Source: the human T2T-CHM13v2.0 reference genome, Homo sapiens
Reading direction: 5' to 3' (one strand)
Length of the DNA: 64,000 nucleotides
Assembly (NCBI RefSeq): GCF_009914755.1
Contig: NC_060932.1
The position numbers were made by a program, and so were the translations under genes. Of this stretch, positions 33,258 to 47,391 are shown in pieces. A model generated the notes under the pieces. That model had not been told where the DNA came from. It saw nothing but the letters and a program-made list of their open reading frames with translations, and made no database searches. Numbering within the stretch: the stretch's first letter is position 1; each line of letters starts with the position of its first letter.

Positions 33258-33774
33258 GTGCACATAGATATAAATCTGATATGAGGAGAAACTGATGTTC
33301 AGTAGTTTAATAGGCATCTCCAATTTAACATAGCTAAAACAGATCTCTTGATGTTGTTCCTGAAAATAGATCTCTACCCACCTCCCCCATAACTATAAAG
33401 GGTACTCTCACCCATACCCCAGAAACCTTTCTTGATGGCGCTCTCTCTCACCATCGTAGCATTTACCAATATCTGACGTTGTTTTAGATTTTTATCTGCT
33501 TATTATCGTTCCATTGAAATTTAAGCTCCATGGTGGCATTTTGTTCAGAGAAAACTCTTCACTGCTTTAAAAGTCCCTGGCACATAGTAGGCGCCCAAAA
33601 AATATATGTTGAATGAATCCATTGGTATTAAATCCTGTGGTCAGGAAACACTTATGGCAACATCATTTTTGGCTAAATGGGAACTTAATGTAGGGACTTA
33701 CCAGAAACTGAAAGCAGAAATGTCACAGTCATTGCTATAGGCCATGTAGTTGCCTTCGATTTTAAAAACAATGA

Positions 33775-34066
33775 GGCCGGGTACAGTGGCTCACACCTGT
33801 AATCCCAGCACTTTGGGAGGCTGAGGCAAGTGGATCAATTGAGGTCAGGGGTTCAAAACCAGCCTGGCCAACATAGTGAAACCTGGTCTTTACTAAAAAT
33901 ACAAAAATCACCTGGGCATAATGGCACACACCTGCAATCCCGCTACTTGGGAGGCTGAGGCAGAGAATTGCTTGAACCCAGGAGGTGGAGGTTGCAGTGA
34001 GCCAAAATCACGCCACTGCACACCAGCCTGGGTGACAGAGTGAGAGTCCATCTAAAATAAATTTAA
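33775..34066 (+). mobile_element. AluSx/Sz
   Basis: Full dimer; TSD aaa(a/g)acaatga. Confidence 0.92.
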
Positions 34067-35281
34067 AAAGACAATGACAGTCACAGTACCTCTGAAATCT
34101 TTGTATAGGATCAAATACCAGCCTATTAATATGCTCAGGAGCAAGTGACCCTGATACGACAGGAGGTAATATGGCAAAATCAAAACTTACTACTACTCTA
34201 AATTAATGACTTTGGCCATATCATTGTCAATATCCACTGAGCCTCCCTCACTTCTAGATATCCTGCCAGGAAATTATAGAAACAAACTCAGTTACAAAGC
34301 AATAAAGGACACTGCCGTGAAGGATCCAATTCCACTAATTTATGTATTCATTTATTCTATTTATTCAGCAAACTTTCACTGAGTGGATACTATGTGCTTG
34401 ACACAACTAGGTGCCAAGACTAAAATCCTGTCTGGAATAGTGTTTACTATTGATTTTGTTGCAGTCATATCTCTGTCGCCATCATCTTATTCATGCAAAG
34501 CTGAAGGCATATAAAGGTTACCATGGGAAACTAAAGAAAGGCATCTCGGTGTCCTTTACTTATTTTTCCTACAGTGGGCAGTGATGATGACATTTATCAA
34601 GCTGTCTCACCTAAACCACCGACAAGTTGTTGTATCCTAAGAACTGATGTCTCTATCTTGGGACCATATTATCTAAGTTACCTGAGTCATAAGGATGAGG
34701 GGAAGCATTCGTTCTTATTTGAGAGGGGAAATTCCATTCCCCTACTTTGACAATATTTTCCCAGTAGTAATTTAATCCTCAGAATCCTGTAATACCCTTA
34801 GGATAGTAATGAATAAATGAATGGCTGCAGTACATTAAATCCTTATTTTCATCCTAAGAGCTTGATCTTGGTGGTTACCATTTTTCAGCTCTTCAATCAT
34901 TTATTGCAACATATCATGCTACAACAGAAACTATTTAGAAGCAAGCAAGATGCTAACTGCTGTTATGTGCATTTAGAAATGGTCAGTTGACGAGAGGAGA
35001 AATCAGATGGTTAAACTTCTGCAACATTTTTCAAAGACCTCCAGTAAGGCTTAATACATTGAAATACAAATTACAGGAAAAGAAAGATTTGCCTGTACTA
35101 AAATTTTGGCAAAGAAACAACAGAAACATATCTTCGAACCCATCAAACAATTCTCTTCTGTCTGACCCTTACCAAGAACTCTCTTTATCTCCTTGGAATA
35201 TTGACTTCCTTCCAATATACATAGGACTTTTCTGCATTCCCCAGGTGGGCCTATTGTCACTAAGAGTTTTTAACATGATGC

Positions 35282-36072
35282 ATTAACCTCCTTGGGCTGC
35301 TGTAACAAATTAGCCCAAACTGGGTGGCTTAAACCAGCAGAAATTTATTCTCTTACAGTTCCAAAGCCTAGAAGTATGAAATCAAGGTGTCAGCAAGGCC
35401 ATCCTCTCTCTGAAGGCTCCAGGAAAAAAATCTTCCTTGCCTTTTCCAGTTTCTTCCATTCCAGGTTGCCAGGGGGATCTTTGGCATTTCCTGGTTTGTA
35501 ACTGCATCACTTAAATTTCTGCATCTGTCTTCACATGGCCATCTTCCCCCTAAGTGTGTCTTTTTTTTTTTTCTTTTGAAACAGGGTCTCACTCTGTCAC
35601 CCAGACTGGAGTGCAAGTGGCACAATCACAGCTCACTGCAGCCTTGCCTTCCTGGGCTCAAGCAATCCTCCTGCCTCAGCCCCACGGAGTAGCTGAAACT
35701 ACAGGTGCACCACCACACCCCACTAATTTTTGTCTTTTGTTTTTTGTTTTTTTTTGAAGAGATGGGGTTTCAACATGTTGCCCCAGGCTGGTCTCAAACT
35801 CAGGCTCAAGTGGTCTGCCCGCCTTGCCTCCCAAAGTGCCGGGATTACAGGCATGAGCCACCACACCCAGCCCTGTGTGTGTCTTTCTGTCCTAATCTCC
35901 CTCTTTTTATAAAGACATCAGTCACTGGCTTTAGGGCCCATTCTAATCCAGTACAACCTCATCTTAACTGGATTACATCTGCAAAGAACCTGTTTCCAGA
36001 GGAGGTCACATTCATAGGTACCAGGGCTTAGGACTTCAACTTATTTTGGAGGACACAGTTCAACTCACGACA
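35282..36072 (-). mobile_element. MLT1B/C LTR split by an AluJ
   Basis: ggctgctgtaacaaatt...gggtggcttaaac...ggaggacacagttcaac. Confidence 0.8.
35560..35872 (-). mobile_element. AluJ
   Basis: Poly(T)-led diverged dimer. Confidence 0.9.
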
Positions 36073-36224
36073 ATGCCCAAACTCTGAGCCTTCTAATCCG
36101 AGAAAATTCCACCAAATGGCATCATAAACATGAGGTAGCACTTGGACTCTCTGGGTCTTCTCTGAGAAACTGGAATAATCCTTCTCATCTTCAAAAGCTT
36201 GTCACAAGTTATAATGAAACAATT

Positions 36225-36328
36225 TCCTCCCTTCCTCCTTCTTTCCTTCACTCTTTCCTTCCTTTATTTCCTCCTTTTCCTCTCTCCTTCTTTTCCTTCC
36301 TTTCTTCCTCCTTTCTTTCCTTCCTTTT
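36225..36328. repeat. CT-rich low-complexity (CCTT)n tract
   Basis: Near-pure pyrimidine run. Confidence 0.8.
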
Positions 36329-36427
36329 CACAAATACTTATGAGTATTTACTATGAGATAACCCAATGTTTCTGCTTTGGAAGACAGAAAGATGAAGTGA
36401 GAGTCCCACATTCAAAATTCAGAATTA

Positions 36428-36589
36428 GGGCTGGGTGCAGTGACACCTTTATTCCCAGCTACTTGGGAGGTGGAGGCAGGAAGAACGCTTGAGCCCAGGA
36501 GTTCGAAGCTGCAGTGCACTATGAAGGAACCTGTGAATAGTCACTCCAGCTTGGGCAATATAGCGAGACCTCATCTGAAAAAAAAAAAA
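36428..36589 (+). mobile_element. Alu monomer (FRAM-like)
   Basis: Single right-arm unit with A-tail. Confidence 0.8.
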
Positions 36590-37751
36590 TTAGACTTTGT
36601 TGGAAGATTCAAAAATCGTAATATAAGGCAGAAGGTGGTAGTTGCCATAAGAGAGTCATAGATCCTGTGGCACAAAAATACAGAGAAAATAGATCAATTC
36701 CTGCTGAGAAGAATCCAGCAAGACATTGGAGCTTGACCTTGAAGAATTATCTAGGATTTGGAGTTTCAAAGATATAGAAAAAGAGTTCCCAGTTAAGCTG
36801 GGGACAAAAGCAAGACAAGAAGCCAGCGTATTTATAAATTTCTCAATGTGTCAAGGGCCCCTTATGCGTCATTGCTACAATCACATTTCAGAAGTTTTAA
36901 TAGAAAAGAGATTGGAAACGGAAAAAAGCACCAAAAAAAAAAAAAACTAACAATGGTCATCTTTAAGTGGTTAAGAAAAATTGTGCTTTTATTTATTTTT
37001 CAATTTTTTTCTAATGAGCTTGCATTATTTTTAATTAGAAAAATTTTTTAATTTTTCAAGAAAGATTTTTCAAATCACCTCAAAATTGTTGCCTCAAGAA
37101 AAGGACAAATCAAATCCTTCCAGACACAGAATGTTTACTGAGTGAGACAACTATCATCATGTCCATTATGACACAGAGGAAGGAACGGCCATGAGAGCTA
37201 CTTGATCAATCAGCTGGTTCCTGCAGATACAGGCATTTTAGCCTCTACTTGAAGGCAGAGTAGAGCTTGGATTTTTCCTTTAAGTAAGCAATGTCTGCCC
37301 TCTGCTGGGCATTTAAAAGTTACCAAACACAACACTTTGCCTTTCCCATGCGGCAAGACAGAGTGATCAAGAGACAAGAAAGGTAAAATCACCATTCTGA
37401 TCTTAAAGGCATTCGTTTTATTACTTTGACCAGGTTTCCCATTTCTATAAGCATACTCCCACATCAGAGAGGAAAGCCCTTTGTTCACTTTCCCTCAGAG
37501 GTCAGTAGCACAGCCCATCCTTGGCTGGGACTCCAAACCACCATCTGAGTCAGAGGCACATGGTTTCAGTTGGCAGAGGGCAGGTATGCTTTGGTTTGTA
37601 GGGGATGGGGGCAGGGGTTGGGCCCAGTACCCCAGTGCTTGGGGTTGGCTGGAGGATCTGCCTAAAGCAACATGGACAGTCACGATGCAGAAAGGAATCA
37701 GCTGTTTCTCCTAACTCAACACCTTTGAGTGGGGTTTTTTCTGAATTAGGC

Positions 37752-38010
37752 TACATTCTCAACCTCAACACTATTGACTTTGAGGACAGGCTCATTCTTG
37801 GTTATTACATAGAGGACAGTGCAGGCTGTCCTGTGCATTAGAGGATGTTTGGCAGCATCCGTGGCCTCTACCCACTACATGCCATGGCACCCTGCCCTCA
37901 GTTGTGACAACCGAAAATATCTCGAGACATTGTCAACTTCCCCTCCTTCCCACCTGGAGGGAGGATGGGGAAAGCTGGGTAGGGGGAATGGCCCCCTGCT
38001 GAGAATCACT
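37752..38010. mobile_element. MER20
   Basis: ggctgtcctgtgcatt...ggatgtttggcagcatcc.tggcctctacccacta...gttgtgacaacc. Confidence 0.8.
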
Positions 38011-38125
38011 TCTTGAGCCCCAGCTTCTCTTCCTTTTAACCCCTGACATATATACAAACCATCACTCTCATTGTGTGCAAACAAGCAGCAATGACAAGGA
38101 CAAACAACTAGAAGTTAAAGACCCT

Positions 38126-38562
<437 letters not shown>

Positions 38563-38721
38563 CTACTATGTGTAAGGCAGTGTACTGATGACTCCATGAG
38601 GAACAGTTTCAAGTCTGAAAATGAGATTACTACACAGAGCATGATGCACTATACAGACGTGCTTCTATAGGAAAATTAATAATGAATCATTGGGAGATAG
38701 TACTTTAAGAAAGACAACATT

Positions 38722-38890
38722 GACCAGGTGCAGTGGCTCACACCTGTAATCCCAGCACTTTGGGAGGCTGAGGTGAAAGGACCACTTGAGCCCAGGAGGT
38801 CAAGGTTGAAGTGAGCTATGAGTGCCACTGCACTCCAGCCTGGGTGACGGAACAAGACTCTGTCTTCAAAAAAAAAAAGAAGAAAGAAAG
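38722..38890 (+). mobile_element. Alu monomer (FRAM-like)
   Basis: Single ~165-bp arm with A-tail. Confidence 0.8.
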
Positions 38891-38896
38891 ACTGAA

Positions 38897-39236
38897 TACA
38901 GGCCCAGAACCTCTTACTCACATTTCTGAAATCCAAAAAATTCTGAGAACCTATTTTTCTTTTAATGTATTTGGCATCAAAATTTATTTGGTGGCAAAGC
39001 CTGACCTGAGGTGAATGACACCACCAACAGTCGTCATTGGTCCTGCTGAGTGTGACTATTCATGTTTTTCTACACAAATATTAATGTGTTTGGTGAAAAG
39101 GTGCTTGCTCAGGCTGTGCTGGGGGTGTTACATAATATATAACATGTGCACTGTTTTGCCTTTCTGAAACCCAAAATAATCTGAATTCCAAAACGTATAT
39201 GGCCCTGAGGGTTTTGGATAAGGTATTGTGGACCAG
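38897..39236. mobile_element. Tigger/MER46-like DNA transposon relic
   Basis: Ends resemble tacagg...aatccaaaa and ttttggataagg...ggacc. Confidence 0.45.
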
Positions 39237-40424
39237 AATATGTAAATTCTCAGGGAATTGAGCAAAACTGGAGCTAACACCTTCACACTATAAGCATTCA
39301 TTATTCCTCATTTGCATCTTGTACCGTGCCCAGCAAACTGTGAGCTTACGAGATAAATAGGGAAAGATGGGAGTGTGAGTTTGCATGTAGGGCATGTGGA
39401 TTTTGTCCCTTCAATAGCACAGGTAGCCTCTGTCCAAAGAAACCAGTCACTGTTTACATCCATCTCCCAGAAAGGAAAGAAGAGAAACTTAATCAGAGAT
39501 GTGGCCCAGTCCCTCTCTGTAGCCCCAGGTACTGGAAGCAGCCCTCCTGCTGGAAATGACACTTCTCTCCAGTTCCAGCGAGCAGGAACCCACTTCAACT
39601 CACCCGGTTTGCACGTTCTGTTCTCCAACTTTCTTCATGCCCATTCAGCCCAGCAGGCTCAGACGGAGAGGAACGGCTCCTGCATCCTTGGGTCTAGTCT
39701 CCGCCAAGTTGGCGGTGGAGGCAGAGGAAGGCGTGGTGCTCTTACCCTGTTGTTTAATGTGCAGAAGATTTTATGGGAGCCATGGATTAATCGGCTCAAA
39801 AAATACGAAGAGATATTTATGGTAAGTTCAAGTTTCACAACCACTCAAGAGGTTTTTCACTTCAAAGGATTTTAGTTCAAACCAGAGCTCGATGTCTCAT
39901 TACCACAAACTTCGATCTTTTGGCCTTCAAAGGTCTTGTCTCCTTGACTCAATTCTTCACTTCAATTTATTTGTTTGAAAATATATACTGAACCTGTATC
40001 ACGTGCCAAGTGCTGTGCTGGGTGATGGAAATATACACACAAATAAGACATGGCCCCTGCCTGGGAAAAGTCATGGTCCAATAAGGGAGACACTGTTGGA
40101 CAACAGGCTGTCTCCAATCACTTTATGAGCAAAAGCTACTTTTCTTTTACCTAAGTTTGTGGCTGAAAGCAGAGGTCAGGGCAGGACGTGATGGCTCACG
40201 CCTGTAATCCCAGCATTTTGGAAGGCTGAGGCAGGTGGATTACTTGAGTCCAGGAGTTGAAGACTGGCCTGGCCAACATGGTGAAACCCCCTCTCTACTA
40301 AAAATTCAAAACAAATTAGCCAGGTGTGGTGGCTCGTGCCTGTAATCCCAGCTACATGAGGCTGAGGCAGGAGAATCGCTTGAACCCGAGAGGTGGAGGT
40401 TGCAGTGAATGGAGATCATGCCAC

Positions 40425-41518
40425 TGAGAGGTGACAACATGCTAGCAGCCCTCGCTCGCTCTGGGCGCCTCCTTGGCCTCGGCATCCACTCTGGCCGCGC
40501 TTGAGGAGCCCTTCAGCCCGCCGCTGCACTGTAGGAGCCCCTCTCTGGGCAGGCTGAGGCCGGAGCCAGCTCCCTCTGCTTGCAGGCCGGTGTAGAGGGA
40601 GAGGAGTGGGCGGGAACCGGAGCTGCGCAGGGCGCTAGCGGGCCAGCGCGAGTTCCGGGTGGGCGCGGGATCCGCAGGCCCCACACTCACAGCGGCCCGC
40701 CAGCGCTGCTGGCCGCGGGCAGTAAGGGGCTTAGCACCCGGGCCAGCAGCTGCAGAGGGTGCGCCAGGTCCCCCAGTACTGCCCGCCCGCCCGCGCCGCG
40801 CTTGAATTCTCGCCGGGCCTCAGCCGCCTCCGCAGGGCAGGGCTCGGCACCTGCAGCCGGACATGCGCGAGCCACCCCTCCTCCCCGGCAATTGGCTCCT
40901 GCGCTGCCCTAGCCTCCCGGACACACACCGCCCCTGCTCGGCGGCGCCGGGTCCCATCAACCGCCCAAGGGCCATCTCTGTAAAATGGACCAATCAGCTC
41001 TCTGTAAAATGGACCAATCGGCTCTCTGTAAAATGGACCAATCAGCAGGATGTGGGGGGGCGTGGGACGGGGGTGAGTGGTCAGATAAGAGAATAAAAGC
41101 AGGCTGTCCTAGCCAGTAGCGGCAACCCACTTGGGTCCCTTTCCACACTGTAGAGACTTTGTTCTTTCACTCTTTGCAATAAATCTTGCAGCTGCTCAGT
41201 TTTTGGGTCTGCACTGCCTTTATGAGCTGTAACACCACAAAGGTCTGCAGCTTCACTCCTGAGGCCAGCGAGACCCCTAACCCACGGGGAGGAATGAACA
41301 ACTCCAGAAGCAACACTCACCGCGAAGGTCTGCAGCTTCACTCCTGAAGCCAGCGAGACCATGAACCCACCAGAATGAAGAAACTCTGAACACGTCCGAC
41401 CATCAGAAGGAACAAACTCCGGACACACCACCTTTAAGAACTGTTAACACTCACTGCGAGGTTCTGCGGCTTCATTCTTGAAGTCAGTGAGACCAAGAAC
41501 CCACCAATTCCAGACACA
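40425..41518 (+). mobile_element. LTR12 (ERV9) solo LTR, internally shortened
   Basis: TGAGAGGTGACA start, ccaattccagacACA end, 4-bp TSD CCAC; CpG-rich U3; U5 repeats gaaggtctgcagcttcactcctga. Confidence 0.93.
40975..41183 (+). promoter_or_regulatory. LTR12 promoter core: three CCAAT (NF-Y type) repeats, GATA motif, AATAAAA TATA-like box and poly(A) signal
   Basis: tctctgtaaaatggaccaatc three times (40975-41043); cagataag near 41082; aataaaagc 41092-41100; aataaa 41178-41183. Confidence 0.7.
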
Positions 41519-41574
41519 CCACCACACTCCAGCCTGGACAACAGAGCAAAACTCTGTCTGAGAGAAAAAAAAGC

Positions 41575-42108
41575 AGAGGTCAGCAAATGGACCTGCAAGC
41601 CAGCTGCATGTTCTTTTTTTTTTTTTTTTTTTTTTTTGAGACAGAGTCTCACTCTGTCACCCAGGTTGGAGTGCGGTGGCATGATATGGTCTCGGCTCAC
41701 TGCAACCTCTGCCTCCCAAGTTCAAGTGATTCTCCCGCCTCAGCCTCCTGAGTAGCTGGGATTACAGGCGCGTGCCACCACACCGGGCTAATTTTGTATT
41801 TTTAGCAGACATGGGGTTTCACTATGTTGGCCAGGCTGGTCTCGAACTCCTGACCTCGTGATCTGCCCACATCGGGCTCCCAAAGTGCTGGGATTACAGG
41901 CGTGAGCCACCAAGCCCAGCCACATGTTCTTATAAATAAGGTTTTGCTGGAACATAGCCACACATATTTGTTTAGGTATTGTCTGTGGCTGCTTTTGCAC
42001 TACAATAGCAAGTCGGGTTTGCTCTGAGTATGCAATAGAGATCATACAGCTCCCAAAGCCTGAAACAGTTCATGTGTTGCCCTTAAAGAAAAAGTTCGTC
42101 GACCCCTG
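41575..42108. mobile_element. MER58A split by an Alu
   Basis: cagaggtcagcaaa...taaataaggttttgctggaacatagccacac...gacccctg. Confidence 0.8.
41613..41920 (-). mobile_element. AluS (Sg/Sx-like)
   Basis: Poly(T)-led dimer; TSD catgttctt. Confidence 0.92.
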
Positions 42109-42214
42109 GACTTAAGGATAGGTGGAGGGCTGGTGGCAGGGAAAGCTATGAAGGAAGGTAAAAGGAAAGAAATTCCTGACAGTCAAGCCCCCGAGAAGAA
42201 CAATAAAATGACAG

Positions 42215-42620
42215 TGTATAAGTTGGCATTTGGCTCAGCTGTGCATAACAGAAAATTCTAGGCTTAAACAAAATAAAGATTTTACGTCTCCTACATGAAA
42301 GAGGTCAAGAGGTGGACAGCCTAAGTTTGGGTTTGGTGGCTTCATGGTCACCAGGGAGCCAAATTCCTTTTATCTTTCTGCTCCCTGTCATTCCTAGCAG
42401 GAGTTTTCCTTCCTCGTTTGTCTCATGGCCCAGTATAGCTGCTGGAGCTCTGGTAATTACATCTGTGTTCCAGATAAACAGCGAAAAATGAAGCAAAAAA
42501 GAATCTACCTTTTATCCTAGTCAATTATCTTTAAGAACATGACCTGGAACTCCCACTCTAAAATTTCCATTTCTGACTCATTGGCCACCCCTAGCTACAG
42601 GGAAAATGGAGATCTAGTCT
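42215..42620 (-). mobile_element. MLT1J-like LTR
   Basis: ggcttaaacaaaataaagattt...ctcattggccacccctagctacagggaa. Confidence 0.6.
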
Positions 42621-44857
42621 TCCACAGCACCCTGTTCATAAACCCTTCACATTTTTTCCCACAGAACCATAGAAGCGCGTATAGATGTTAGCATGTTCAT
42701 AGCTAGGATGTGAGATCCTCTTAATTGAGTTCCAAAAGGAACACTGTGAACAAGGCTCACTAGAAAAAATAGGAAAACCTCTTCCCCGTCTTGCTATTAA
42801 TGTATTTGTTCATTTTTTAAATATTTTTGAGCCTGTCCTGTGTTCCAGACACTGTGCTTGCCACTGCAACCCTCTTTCTTTTTTTTTCTTTTTTTTTTTT
42901 ATGTGTCTTTTTGTTGTTGTCGTTATTTCAGAAAACAGTGGGATAGAAGAAAGCTTTTAAGGTGTCATCTAAACCATTCAGTTATTCCATGATTAATTAT
43001 GTGAGTTGACTTTCCTTTACATGACATGCATATGTAACTGTTAGCAAGTAGTATATGTCTTTGGATGGTATGTCTTCCCAAATGGTATGGGTTAAAGTTG
43101 TTTTGTACTGTTGTTAATGTAAAGGGAATTTACATCTTATAAAAGCACCCATCCATTGTTATATTTGTTTACATTTCTCTCCTCCAATAAATAGACTGTA
43201 ACTCCTTAAGAACTTTGTGTTTGCTAACTGCAGGCACTTAATAAATGTTCAATGAGGGAATAAAAGAATGGTCTTTCGACCTTCTGGTTGAGTACTCCCT
43301 GCCTTTAAAACTGAGCTTAGTGACTGTTTCCTGTTCTCTTGAGACAGATAACAGAGATGAGGATAATGCTTTCGTGTGTGCAGGACTTCAAAATTTTCTA
43401 AGAGCTTTTCACATACATTTTTTAATAATTTAAAAATAAATTAACCTAGAAAATATGCCTCAACCATGGGAGTGGTAGCAAGTATCCCTTTTACACTGAA
43501 TGAAGTTAGGAGGCGTTGTCTTTTTCCTTCCAATTGGTTCTTCCTTCCTTCAGATCCTTTAAAGGCAGGATTTGAAAAATGTGCATTTCAAATGCCAGGA
43601 GAAGCGTGACTACCTTCTTCAACTGTAGGAAAACCAAGAAGTAGAGAAGTTAAACAGCAGTGAAAGGAATCCAGGTTAAGACTCGGGAAAATTTTGTTGA
43701 ACATAAAATATATGAAGCAGGAAAATGCCTTCCTAAAAGAGGTATGGAATCACCACAAAAGTGGCACACACTGTGGTTGCTTCATTCGGAAGGGCTTGGT
43801 TCAATTTTCCTTGGGAAAAACATGCATGAAAAAAAATGGCCACCAGAGGGTGCTGTACCAAAATCCAATGGAACTTCTGCGAATTCCCGACAGAGTGCTC
43901 ACGTGTTGAAGACGTAGCATGGGCCAGTCTCAAAGCTTTCCTGGTTTTCCCAATCAGTTCTCCATAAACTGTGCTTCATGGAAAAGCACCCTGACTTTTG
44001 CTCTAGACTTCCAGAGCAGAACACCCTTTCTTAGAAGCGGAGTCACATGGGACCAACACTGCCCTCACCGGGAGAGCTCTATCACCTACAACCCAGTACC
44101 CTTACATGAACAGTCCCTTTTCTATTCTTGCATCTGCTCATGAATATAGTAATTTACATATGGTTAATTTATGTCTGCCACTTCCCTTAAGTACACTGGT
44201 GATTAATAAATAAGGACAATATGAGAACCTATGAGACTGTTACATTTAATTTCATAATTAATAGTTAAGATTAAGAGACCTATTTGTCATTTAGGAACAC
44301 CAGGATTCATCCTCTTAATTGCCATCTGGATTTCTTGTCAATTATTTGATTTGTTTAAGCCTTGTTTATTCTCATTCAAAAGCCCTCAGATTTCACTAAT
44401 TTGACATGCCAGATACTCAGCTAATCGTCTTAGCAGAAAACAAAATATGCAGAAGCTCAACACTTGAACCACCATGGTCATGAAGAAAGCCGGGGGGCGT
44501 AGGTGGGGAGATACCTGCTCTCCCATCACGTTAGCCACCAATTACCTGTGGGACCGTGAGCAAGTCACTCTGTACTTCTCGACCTCAGAGAGAGGGTTGG
44601 ACTAGAGTAGAGGATTTTACCTTTTCAAGTGAACCGCTTCTTCTGTAATGGAAGGGGTATATTCCACCAATGTCCTGGCTCTAAGGAGATGGTAAACAGA
44701 TTACATTTGGCTTCACTCAAGTTTATAATGTTTTGCCTTTCATTCTACACCACCTCTCCAGGTTTCTAGAGGCTAGGCCCCCCAAAAATCATGTGGGCGG
44801 AGCTCATGAGTGCAGGACAGACATTCCAATGCTGGTTGTCTACACAAAGTAAGAGTC

Positions 44858-45020
44858 GATAGCATCGGGAGATATACCTAATGCTAAATGACGAGTTGAT
44901 GGGTGCAGCACACCAACATGGCACATGTATACATATGTAACAAACCTGCACGTTGTGCACATGTACCCTAAAACTTAAAGTATAATAATAATTTAAAAAA
45001 AAAGAAACTAAAAAAAAAAA
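44858..45020 (+). mobile_element. Very short L1PA3/4-like 3' fragment
   Basis: gatagcatcgggagatatacctaatgctaaatgacgag...cttaaagtataataa plus A-tail; TSD AAGAGTC. Confidence 0.9.
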
Positions 45021-45031
45021 AAGAGTCATGG

Positions 45032-45975
<944 letters not shown>

Positions 45976-46612
45976 TTGGAGCTATAACAAGCAAGGGAAA
46001 CGAGGCGAGTGGAAATTGAGTAGGCCACTGGCTGCATATGTCAAAAGAAGGAGAAAAGTATTAGGACACAGATTCGGAGGTCCTCATGCTAGGGCATGCA
46101 GCAGATGGCTGTCTACGAGGAAGTCCTCACCAGACAGCAACAAGAAATCTGCTAACCAACCTCCTCCTTATGGTGGACGCAGCGCTCACTGCAAGGGAGT
46201 CTTGGCTTCTTTTGACAGCCTGCATAAGTGAGCCATTCATCAATGGCTGCTGAGCCAGCAGAGCATCACACCCTCTAGGTGCCAACTCTGCACCTGCTGG
46301 AGTCTGGTCCCTCATCCCAGCCCCTCTGACCTCCCTCCCAATTCTCTTCCTCTCCATCTTGACCTCTCCTCCAGCTCTGAGAGTCCCTTGCCCTTCCTCA
46401 CTTCCCAAATCTCTAGTCTGCGCACAGGAATCTGCTCTTTCTGAAGCCTGAGCTTCTGAAACATAGAACCCAAGAATACCCTTCTTTCTTTGTCCCTCTG
46501 TTTTCTCTGTCACCTTTCTCTAAGGCAGTGAACACAGAATGCCATACTCACTGAATGCATAAAGGAACCAGGGGTATAAGGAAGTTCCAGGAACAACAAC
46601 AAATTAGATTTC

Positions 46613-46924
46613 GGCCAGTGGCAGCTTGGTGGCTCACACCTGTAATCATAGCACTTTGGGAGGCTGAGGCAAGCAGATCACTTGAGCCCAGGAGTTCGAG
46701 ACCACCCTGGAAAACATAGTGAAACCCCATCTCTACAAAAAAATACAAAAATTAGCCAGGCATGGTGGCACACACCTGTAGTGCCAGCTACTCAGGAGCT
46801 GATGTAGGAGGATCACCTGAGCCTGGGGAGGTTGAGGCTGCAGTGAGCTGTGATCATGCCTCTGCACTCCAGCCTAGGCAACAAGGTGAGACCCTGCCTA
46901 GAAAAAGAAAAGAAAAGAGAAAAG
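46613..46924 (+). mobile_element. AluJ
   Basis: Dimer with J-type cttgagcccaggagttcgag. Confidence 0.88.
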
Positions 46925-47391
46925 TAGATGTTAAAATATCATTCCTCTGCTCTTCATGTGAAATCTTACCCAGAAACCCAAAATGTAAAACATAAAAACC
47001 AGAGTATGGTTAAGGGGTGGAAAGAATGGGAGATGAGAGGACCCCAGGGCCCTCCCCCAGAGGCCTGAGAGAAGTCTGCCAAGGAAAGTTTGAAAACTCA
47101 CCAAACTGGGAAATCTCTGCAGTCTCTTCCAGCTTGAAAGTTCTACAATTCAGTGTTAAGGAGCAAACACTTGGCCTAATTCCCAAACTTGAGAATAGTC
47201 ACGCATACTAAGTGTGACAGGTGAAGTAAATGATGATTAATGTGGGTGTGTTGCAGGCTTTTTTTTGACCCTGATCCTACTCCTTGGCCTGCTTCAGGCC
47301 CTTCAGCTTCCCCACCCTCCAAGCAGGGTTTTTTCTGTGTGTGTGATAAGGAATCAGTATGGAAAGATGAGAAACACAAGAGTCGCCCGGT

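Larger units (their letters stand above)
40180..41572 (+). mobile_element. AluS split by LTR12 (40180-40424 and 41519-41572)
   Basis: ...gagatcatgCCAC [LTR12] CCACcacactccagcctgg...; flanked by TSD AAAGCAGAGGTCAG. Confidence 0.9.

Noticed and set aside
40975-41500. CRISPR-like or novel repeat array
   Set aside because: These are the normal LTR12 U3 CCAAT repeats and U5 repeats; no unique spacers and a eukaryotic context
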